Origin: an uncultured Bacteroidales bacterium
Lineage (GTDB): Bacteria > Bacteroidota > Bacteroidia > Bacteroidales > UBA4417
NCBI GenBank assembly: GCA_903946925.1
Contig: CAJAXK010000259.1
Location: 4,286 to 68,285, forward strand
Direction: 5' to 3'
Length of the DNA: 64,000 bases
Below, one piece after another: positions 57,601 to 64,000 of the stretch. The notes under the pieces were generated by a model. It was not told the DNA's origin and did not search any database. It saw only the letters and a program-made list of their open reading frames with translations. Made by a program: the position numbers and the translations under genes. Position 1 is the stretch's first letter; each line of letters starts with the position of its first letter.

Positions 57601-58469
57601 CTTACACCGTGCAGGATAATTATATCTATCAAGGCAAAGCCACAGTTACAAACGGCGATTTTACCGTAAATTTTATTGTTCCCCGCGATATTGATTACAG
57701 CTATGGCTTTGGAAAAATTTCGTACTATGCCCACGATAGCCTCATAGATGCAAATGGTTTTTGCAAGCAATTAGTTATAGGAGGTTCAGGAATTGAGAGC
57801 ACTGATACCGAAGGCCCACAGATAGCTTTGTTTTTTGATGACATTAATTTTATTGATGGCGGTATTACTGGTGATTCTCCGTTGTTGATTGCCCAATTGA
57901 GCGACGTAAGTGGGATTAATACGGTAAGCAACGGCATTGGGCACGATATTGTAGCAACTTTGGACGGCGACAATTCTTCGTCAATAGTGCTTAATAGTTA
58001 TTACAATGCAAAAACCGATAGCTACACTTCGGGTGTGGTGCTTTACAAATTGGCTGAACTCACCGAGGGCGAGCATACACTTTCGCTCAAAGCCTGGGAC
58101 GTGTTCAATAATTCGTCCTCGTCAACCATCAGGTTCAAGGTTTCCAAAAACCGGCAAATCACCATCACAAAAGTAAACGTTAGCCCGAATCCTTTCAACG
58201 AAAGTATAAAAGTAACTTTTGAAATTAATCTTGCCGATTCGCCCGTCGAAGCCTACCTGGAAGTGTTTAATGTCAATGGTTCATTGGTAAGCACTACCAA
58301 TATGGAGTCGTTTCTGGCTCAAGGGTTTAAAGTAGGTGGGCTTACCTGGGACGGGCAATCGGATTCAGGGGCAACTGTACCACCTGGGGTTTATATCATT
58401 AGCATTAGGGCCAGTTCTGGAAATTCCAAAACAGTAAAAGCCGTAAAAGTGATAAAAACAAAACTGTAA
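54642..58469 (+). CDS. porU: PorU-like T9SS C-terminal signal peptidase (C25 family), paralogue 3 (adjacent to porV)
   Basis: 1275 aa with a signal peptide. 'NYTGHGGETGWANE' and 'LFMTATCEFSRFDDP'. CTD 'VSPNPFNESIKVTFEIN'. Highly similar to paralogue 2. Confidence 0.88.
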   Translation: MQKGIKCFLTLVTLIALQLLATAQVSQQKVVIDWLGIKTVSGFDNEPINVLFAPGLANVASKNYSPEYFKKTKLPAGVALDTVLITHVVYETLSPEQQKSLTFKLLPCDTLSPKIETGTERGISMLMITLNPLVSSADGSIMRLKSFQIDIVFRPDTTTNQTKKAAAYASHSVLAQGGWYKIQLNKTGIYKITYSDIQAMGVNMAEVKPENIRLFGNGGGLLPEANITFRHDDLTENAIKVVSANANVFAPGDYLLFYGTSPNKIEYNKTTKKFEHIQNIYSDYTYYYLNFDGGTGLRIEDQYQSILLPTYVSTSFVEGVFYEKDLSNLIISGKNWVGERFDANNNVFQLPRFEFQNINPGKQAWIRYRLLARANLSTTFDVKVNGKLVSSPSISAIGNYNFASERIETKSFIPETGIIDVAFEYKGTGVTIGWLDWVELNITHQLKFTGGQMAFADPISVANSRVTEFQLQASSANVSIWEVTNPVKVSKIVADLQGDVSKFVLPTDSLRQFVAWDNSAFLTATFAGKIANQDLHGIAAADFLIVTNQDFLEQANRLANHHRVFDGMKVEVVTNEQVYNEFSSGSPDVAAIRDFARMLYQKPDAKDKLRYLLLFGDGSYDYKDKIANNTNKVLAFETKESEHTVYSCACDDFFGQLDVNEGYDASGLIDIGIGRFPVNTPEQAKAVVDKCIHYATNSVNSLGDWRNKICLTADDGDGNYHFGQAEHDLAPFIEKIDLVYNLNKIYVDSFKQTATATGERCPDANTAINANVENGVLIMNYTGHGGETGWANEGILSVKEIEAWTNFNNMPLFMTATCEFSRFDDPNRISAGEHVLLNPFGGGVALFTTTRLASSGPNIRLNLYFYDSILSHINGEYPRFGDVIAYSKNQISGDEKLYIRNFVLLGDPALQLAYPKNQVITTQINGRDLKQGTDTISAMEAVEIKGIIADQQSTKLSWFNGIIDVKVFDKERTLMTLGFDPDDWPEAYTVQDNYIYQGKATVTNGDFTVNFIVPRDIDYSYGFGKISYYAHDSLIDANGFCKQLVIGGSGIESTDTEGPQIALFFDDINFIDGGITGDSPLLIAQLSDVSGINTVSNGIGHDIVATLDGDNSSSIVLNSYYNAKTDSYTSGVVLYKLAELTEGEHTLSLKAWDVFNNSSSSTIRFKVSKNRQITITKVNVSPNPFNESIKVTFEINLADSPVEAYLEVFNVNGSLVSTTNMESFLAQGFKVGGLTWDGQSDSGATVPPGVYIISIRASSGNSKTVKAVKVIKTKL

Positions 58470-58696
58470 ACAAGTTGTTGTTAGGTAGTGTTAGACGTTC
58501 TAGCTGTTATACAACTGCAACTTTCTTCACATTCAATGTTTTACTATGTTTATGAAATAGTTCAACAAAATCAGATTTAGCTTGAGTGCTTGCATGTAGA
58601 AAAAACAAAATCCAATGCAATAACATTTCTTTATGGTCGTTAATACAACCAATGGATAATGATAATAAATTTCGCGACTTTATTTTTAAACCACTT

Positions 58697-59887
58697 ATGA
58701 CACATAGTAAACTTACGCTTTTTACCTTTCTTGTACTGATTGCCTTCAGTATTACAGCAAAAGCCCAGCTAAAATCAGTAGCAGAAGATCCTAAATCAAA
58801 TTATATTGGCCAGTTTAACCCTATCACGACGGCTGTCCCATTTTTGATGATTTCGCCTGATGCCCGTGGAGGCTCAATGGGCGATGCTGGCGTTGCATCC
58901 GAACCAGATGCTTTTTCGATGCACTACAACCCTGCAAAATTTGCTTTCATCAATAAAGATATGGGTGTTGGGATTTCGTACAGCCCCTGGCTAAAAGGGC
59001 TTACCAACGATATTAACCTTGCTTATGTCAGTGGGTTTAAGAGGTTAAACAAGGATCAGGTAATTGCCATGTCGTTGCGTTATTTTAACCTTGGTGATAT
59101 AAATTTTACCGACATAAACGGTTCTCCGATTGGCGATTACAAACCTAACGAATTTGCACTTGATGGCACATACTCGCGTATGCTGACTTCAAATTTGTCA
59201 ATGGCAGTGGCTGCAAGATATATACATTCCAACCTTACACAAGGGCAGGATGTTGGTGGGCAGGCAACCAAACCTGGAAATTCAGTTGCAGCGGATGTTG
59301 CATTGTTTCAACGTTTTCCAGTTGAATTTGATAAAATTGAAGGTAACTTTTCGTGGGGTGTAAATATTTCCAATATCGGTACAAAAATGTCGTACAGCGA
59401 TGATAATACCAATAAGGATTTTATCCCTACCAATCTGAAAATTGGCCCTTCGCTCACCCTTAACCTCGACGATTTCAATCAGATGTCGTTTATGGTTGAT
59501 TTTAATAAATTGCTTGTGCCTACACAAAGTATTGATAGTAACGGGGTTATTATTGCAGGTATGGACCCGAATGTTTCTGTTCCTGTTGGTATGGTTCATT
59601 CTTTTTACGATGCACCGGGCGGGTTTAGCGAAGAAATGGCCGAAATCAGCATTTCAACGGGTGTCGAATATTGGTATGCCCAGCAGTTCGCACTTCGCGG
59701 AGGCTTTTTCTATGAAGATAAAAATAAAGGAAACAGGAAATTTTTTACGTTGGGCGCAGGGTTCAGGTACAATATCTTAGGGATTGATTTCTCGTACCTT
59801 ATCCCAATCGAAACACAAAACCCACTCGAACATACTTTGCGTTTTTCGCTGCTGATTAATTTTGATGCCCCATCGGTGGCTAAATAA
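58697..59887 (+). CDS. porV: T9SS outer-membrane shuttle protein PorV (LptO)
   Basis: ATG 58697 gives signal 'MTHSKLTLFTFLVLIAFSITAKAQ'. 'SPDARGGSMGDAGVAS' and a beta-barrel pattern. Conserved porU-porV synteny. Confidence 0.88.
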   Translation: MTHSKLTLFTFLVLIAFSITAKAQLKSVAEDPKSNYIGQFNPITTAVPFLMISPDARGGSMGDAGVASEPDAFSMHYNPAKFAFINKDMGVGISYSPWLKGLTNDINLAYVSGFKRLNKDQVIAMSLRYFNLGDINFTDINGSPIGDYKPNEFALDGTYSRMLTSNLSMAVAARYIHSNLTQGQDVGGQATKPGNSVAADVALFQRFPVEFDKIEGNFSWGVNISNIGTKMSYSDDNTNKDFIPTNLKIGPSLTLNLDDFNQMSFMVDFNKLLVPTQSIDSNGVIIAGMDPNVSVPVGMVHSFYDAPGGFSEEMAEISISTGVEYWYAQQFALRGGFFYEDKNKGNRKFFTLGAGFRYNILGIDFSYLIPIETQNPLEHTLRFSLLINFDAPSVAK

Positions 59888-59907
59888 GTTCTGTAATAGT
59901 TATACTG

Positions 59908-59940
59908 AAAAAAGGCTGCCTTTAATTGGCAGCCTTTTTG
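59908..59940 (+). terminator. Rho-independent terminator after porV
   Basis: 'AAAAAAGGCTGCC-TTTAATT-GGCAGCCTTTTTG'. 7-bp GC stem followed by a T-tract. Confidence 0.75.
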
Positions 59941-60243
59941 CGTTTTGAATGTTTATGTTTCAATGTCGTTTATTTAGCATTTTTCAGAAAAGAAAGAAAA
60001 AAATGTCGGATTTTGTACCCTCCCCAGCCCTCCCTAGAAAATAGGGAGGGAGTAGTTCGCAACAAAATTTTAGACATTTGAACATATGTTAAGCTATATT
60101 AGTATGTCCTCCCCCTTTTTCCAAGGGGGAGACAGAGGGGGTACAAAGTGAATTGCAGATAACATTAATGAGAACTATTAGAATGAATCCTTAACTAAAC
60201 GACATTGGTTTATGTTTTATAAACTTTCCAAATAGATGTTCCT

Positions 60244-60714
60244 CTATTTGATAATCAATACTACAGCGTATGCCGATACGCCTTCCTCCCGCCCCTCGAA
60301 CCCAAGCTTTTCAGTAGTAGTAGCTTTTATTGAAATTTGATCCAGACCAATATCCAGCACCTTGCTCATGGTGGTTCTCATAGCATCAATGTAAGGTGCA
60401 ATTTTGGGTGATTGCAAAGCGAGTGTGCTGTCAATATTCTGGATTTTGTATCCAGCTAAAGCAATCAGCGCGGCAGTTTTGGAAAGTAATATCTTACTGT
60501 CTATACCTTTAAGCCCTAAATCAGTATCCGGAAAATGCTTTCCTATATCGCCCAAAGCCGCTGCCCCCAAAAGTGCGTCGCATATTGCATGTATCAGTAC
60601 ATCAGCATCCGAATGGCCAAGCAATCCTTTTGTATGCGGAATTTTCACCCCACCAAGCCATAATTCGCGGTTTTCCACAAATTGGTGAACATCGTAGCCA
60701 AAACCTATTCTCAT
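60244..60714 (-). CDS. ispF: 2-C-methyl-D-erythritol 2,4-cyclodiphosphate synthase
   Basis: 156 aa. '[11 protein letters not shown]' and '[19 protein letters not shown]'. Confidence 0.95.
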   Translation of the reverse strand: MRIGFGYDVHQFVENRELWLGGVKIPHTKGLLGHSDADVLIHAICDALLGAAALGDIGKHFPDTDLGLKGIDSKILLSKTAALIALAGYKIQNIDSTLALQSPKIAPYIDAMRTTMSKVLDIGLDQISIKATTTEKLGFEGREEGVSAYAVVLIIK

Positions 60715-60797
60715 TTTTAAGGGGGTTCAGTTGTTGAGGTGTTTAGTTGTTGAGTTGTTGATTCGTTGGGTTGTGAAGCACCAATAACCAATAACCA

Positions 60798-62588
60798 TTA
60801 GCTCAAATACATCCCCTCAATCTCTTTCTTAAATTGTTCAGATACAACCCTTCGCATTATTTTTAACGAAGGTGTTAGTTCGCCTGTTTGTATGGTAAAC
60901 TCATTAGGCAGCAAAGTTATTTTTTTAACCTGCTCGTAGGGCGATAGATCTTTCTGTAACAGGTTTATCCTGTTTTGGTAAAAATCCAGAACAGCCTTTT
61001 CTTTAACCTGCTGCTCTTTCGAAAGGTTATCAATGCCCATTTCCTTCATCAATCTTGCAAAGGCAATGGTTGCTGGAACTACAAGTGCCGTTATATATTT
61101 ACGTTCGTTCCCGATAATGGTAATTTGTTCAATATATTTATCCCCCGAAAGCAGGGATTCTATTTTCTGTGGGGCAATGTATTTTCCTGACGATGTTTTT
61201 ATTATGTCCTTTATTCTGTCGGTAAGGAATAAGTAGCCGTTTTCATCCAATCGGCCGGCATCGCCGGTGCAAAAATATCCATCTTTCATTACTTCGGCGG
61301 TAAGTTCAGGTTTTTTGTAATAACCCATAAATACAGTGCCGCCTTTTACCATTATTTCATCGTTCTCGCCAATTTTAACATCGAGCAAAGGCATTATTTT
61401 GCCCACCGATTTCGTGTTTATATCGTCATCGAGCAAACAAGTTACCGAAGCAACCGTTTCTGTTAACCCATAACCTACCTTAATATGAATGCCCACCTGT
61501 TCGAAAAAGTGGATTATTTCCACCGAAAGAGCTGCGCCCCCACAAACCATAAACTTAAAATTGCCACCCAGTGCGGCGCGGCCTTTGGCGAGTACAAGTT
61601 TATCGGCAACACTGTAAGCTATTTTTACCCCTAAAGGCACTGGTTTTTTGTTCCAGATATAATCAAGCCTTTGGCCTCCTACATTTATTGCCCATTTAAA
61701 AATAGATTGTTTCAAGGCCGATCCCTTTGCAATTTCGGCATTCACACCTTCATAAGTTTTCTCAAAAAACCTTGGTACCGAGCACATTATAGTCGGTTTT
61801 ACAACTTTTACAGAATCAATTACTTCTTTAGGGTTGCGCAGGTAATACGATATCATCCCTTTGCTTAGTACGTTGAATGTCCAGGCCCGTTCAAAAATAT
61901 GGCTCAGTGGAAGAAAACAAAAAGAAACATCGGTATCGTCAACCTGAAGTCGCAGGTCGTGTATTTTGATGCAATACTGAAAGTTGGCTACCGAAAGCAT
62001 AACCCCTTTGGGAACGCCCGATGTGCCTGAAGTATAGATAATGGTACATAAATCCTGATCCTGGGCTTCCTGCGACAAAACAAGCAATTGCTTGTCGTAA
62101 TTATTTGCCTTGCCTTCGATCAGGAAATCAGCAAATTGTACCACAGGCAACCCGCTATCAACCTGAACAGATGGATCGAAAGTGATGATTTTTCGAAGTG
62201 TGGGGACTTTAGCCAGCAATTCCTTTGCCACATCATATTGCTCCTGTTCTCCAACAAAAAACAGGGTTGTTTCGGTTTCGTTCAGCATATATTCGGCCTG
62301 TGCAACACTGGTTGCCGAAAACAAGGGAACCGACACTGCACGTACCAATTGCAAAGCATAATCCGTGATAGTCCATTCGGGCATGTTTCTCGACATGATG
62401 CCAACCTTATCGCCAGGTTTTACCCCACTGGCAAGCAACGCTTTTGCTGTATCTTCAATAGTATTCCATAATTCGGTCCAACTGATTGGAGTCCAGCTTT
62501 TATCAGGTTTTTGATAAAAAACAGCATTGCGTGAACCATATTTTTTGCAGTTTTCGCGAAGTATTGAAGTAAGTTGGAGATTGTTCAT
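60798..62588 (-). CDS. Long-chain fatty acid--CoA ligase (AMP-binding family)
   Basis: 596 aa. AMP motif 'IIYTSGTSGVPKGV' and 'GYGLTE'. C-terminal 'KYIAPQKIE'. Confidence 0.9.
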   Translation of the reverse strand: MNNLQLTSILRENCKKYGSRNAVFYQKPDKSWTPISWTELWNTIEDTAKALLASGVKPGDKVGIMSRNMPEWTITDYALQLVRAVSVPLFSATSVAQAEYMLNETETTLFFVGEQEQYDVAKELLAKVPTLRKIITFDPSVQVDSGLPVVQFADFLIEGKANNYDKQLLVLSQEAQDQDLCTIIYTSGTSGVPKGVMLSVANFQYCIKIHDLRLQVDDTDVSFCFLPLSHIFERAWTFNVLSKGMISYYLRNPKEVIDSVKVVKPTIMCSVPRFFEKTYEGVNAEIAKGSALKQSIFKWAINVGGQRLDYIWNKKPVPLGVKIAYSVADKLVLAKGRAALGGNFKFMVCGGAALSVEIIHFFEQVGIHIKVGYGLTETVASVTCLLDDDINTKSVGKIMPLLDVKIGENDEIMVKGGTVFMGYYKKPELTAEVMKDGYFCTGDAGRLDENGYLFLTDRIKDIIKTSSGKYIAPQKIESLLSGDKYIEQITIIGNERKYITALVVPATIAFARLMKEMGIDNLSKEQQVKEKAVLDFYQNRINLLQKDLSPYEQVKKITLLPNEFTIQTGELTPSLKIMRRVVSEQFKKEIEGMYLS

Positions 62589-63058
62589 AGAAGTAGGGTT
62601 ATTGGGCTTATTTAAAAGGAAAGTATTTTCATTACAGATTAAAACCCCTTATAAAAAGCCAATAAGGGGTTTAAAGCAGAACGGTTGAATTTTCATGTAA
62701 AGATATAATTTTTTAATAAAACCACAATATATATTCTTATCTGCATATAAAAACCTGGGTATCTATAAATTGCCTAAAGTTGTGAATGCCTAAATGCCTA
62801 AAGTCCCTTCCCAATTCTATTTGCTGTATTAGTCAAGTTATTCGGATCAAATATTTTTTTGTTTTGAAAATTCGTGTTCACGAAATTTTACCTGATTTTA
62901 TGGATTAAACCGTGAGGAACATCAACTTTAGGCACTTTAGGCACTTTAAGTACTCTCAAAACATGAATATTCCATATGGTGTATAGTTACGAACCTGATT
63001 TTTCCCTGCAATGCCGTGCTCCAGTCCCGCATTATAAAAAAAACTCCTTTAAAGTCGG

Positions 63059-63066
63059 TATCTTTG
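63059..63066 (+). promoter_or_regulatory. Bacteroidota -7 promoter box (TAnnTTTG)
   Basis: 'TATCTTTG' followed by CGC, 21 nt upstream of ATG 63087. Confidence 0.5.
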
Positions 63067-63086
63067 CGCCTCACTAATATATTGAG

Positions 63087-64000
63087 ATGATTTCAGTAGA
63101 TGGACTTACAGTTGAGTTTGGGGGCAGCTCCCTTTTTAAAGATATTTCTTTTGCAATAAACGAAAAGGATCGGATTGCATTGATGGGCAAAAATGGAGCA
63201 GGTAAATCGACCTTGCTTAAAATAATTGCTGGTACAAAATCAGCCACTCGTGGCAAAGTGTCGGCACCAAAAGATGCGGTAATCGCTTATTTGCCGCAGC
63301 ATTTGCTCACCAACGACAGCCGTACCGTGTTCGAGGAAGCAGCCCAGGCTTTTGCTCAGGTTTTTGAGATGCAGCACCAAATTGAAGATTTGAACAACCA
63401 ACTTTCGTCGCGTACCGACTACGAATCGGCTGAATATTATGAACTTATTGAACAGGTTTCGGCGGTTAGCGAAAAATATTATTCCATCGAAGAAGTAAAC
63501 TACGATGCCGAAGTTGAGAAGATATTGCTCGGCTTAGGCTTTAACCGCGAAGATTTTACCAGGCCAACCGGCGAATTTAGTGGTGGCTGGAGGATGCGTA
63601 TTGAATTGGCTAAAATACTTTTGCAAAAGCCCGACCTCCTATTGCTCGACGAACCTACCAACCACATGGATATTGAGTCGATTCAATGGTTCGAGGATTT
63701 TTTGATCAATAGCGCAAAGGCTGTTATCGTGATTTCCCACGACCGTGCTTTTGTTGATAATATTACGACACGAACCATCGAAGTTACAATGGGACGCATT
63801 TACGATTACAAGGTAAATTATTCGTCGTACCTGCAACTTAGGAAGGAGCGCCGCGAACAGCAACAGAAACATTACGACGAGCAGCAAAGGTTTATAGCCG
63901 ACAACCAGGATTTTATCGATCGTTTCAGGGGAACATTTTCCAAAACAAACCAAGTGCAGTCGAGGGTTAAGATGCTCGAAAAACTACCAGTTATTGAGAT
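63087..64000 (+). CDS. ABC-F family ATPase (partial, runs off the window)
   Basis: Not in the ORF track because no stop lies inside the window. 'MISVDGLTVEFGG...', Walker A 'GKNGAGKST', signature 'FSGGWRMR', Walker B 'LLLLDEPTNHMD'. No TM domain. Confidence 0.9.
   Translation, partial: MISVDGLTVEFGGSSLFKDISFAINEKDRIALMGKNGAGKSTLLKIIAGTKSATRGKVSAPKDAVIAYLPQHLLTNDSRTVFEEAAQAFAQVFEMQHQIEDLNNQLSSRTDYESAEYYELIEQVSAVSEKYYSIEEVNYDAEVEKILLGLGFNREDFTRPTGEFSGGWRMRIELAKILLQKPDLLLLDEPTNHMDIESIQWFEDFLINSAKAVIVISHDRAFVDNITTRTIEVTMGRIYDYKVNYSSYLQLRKERREQQQKHYDEQQRFIADNQDFIDRFRGTFSKTNQVQSRVKMLEKLPVIE

Noticed and set aside
1-64000. tRNA, rRNA, tmRNA or RNase P genes.
   Set aside because: Scanning intergenic regions by eye showed no cloverleaf-compatible GTTCGAATC-type T-arms or rRNA-like conserved blocks. 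None is reported. tRNAscan/Infernal would be definitive.

Overview
This is a Bacteroidota-type chromosomal segment. The evidence is T9SS genes, T9SS C-terminal sorting domains, TAnnTTTG -7 promoter boxes, and a TonB-receptor plus lipoprotein operon. Most of it is housekeeping or envelope genes on the + strand: an LTD lipoprotein, a YjiK-like protein, two CYTH-type proteins, SLC13 and NhaD-type permeases, Kup, an ECF sigma pair, FolC, ThiS/ThiF, PntAA/AB/B, PlsC, a LytS/LytTR two-component pair, IspF, an acyl-CoA ligase and a partial ABC-F ATPase. The most unusual locus is 46.6-59.9 kb. It holds three tandem full-length PorU-like C25 peptidase genes, all keeping the His/Cys motifs and their own C-terminal sorting domain, directly upstream of porV. 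Other notable items follow. An AT-rich island at 37.9-41.3 kb carries a non-canonical Fic protein, an HTH-fused m5C methyltransferase and a convergent restriction endonuclease. Two paralogous CE4 deacetylase T9SS cargo genes lie in tandem. A stand-alone duplicate of a histidine-kinase sensor domain sits upstream of its parent gene. There is a decayed IS5-type transposase and an orphan group II intron domain-V-like hairpin. A roughly 160-bp hairpin (MITE-like) repeat family has at least four copies. Short-period tandem arrays sit exactly in intergenic gaps. I saw no rRNA, tRNA or CRISPR array.
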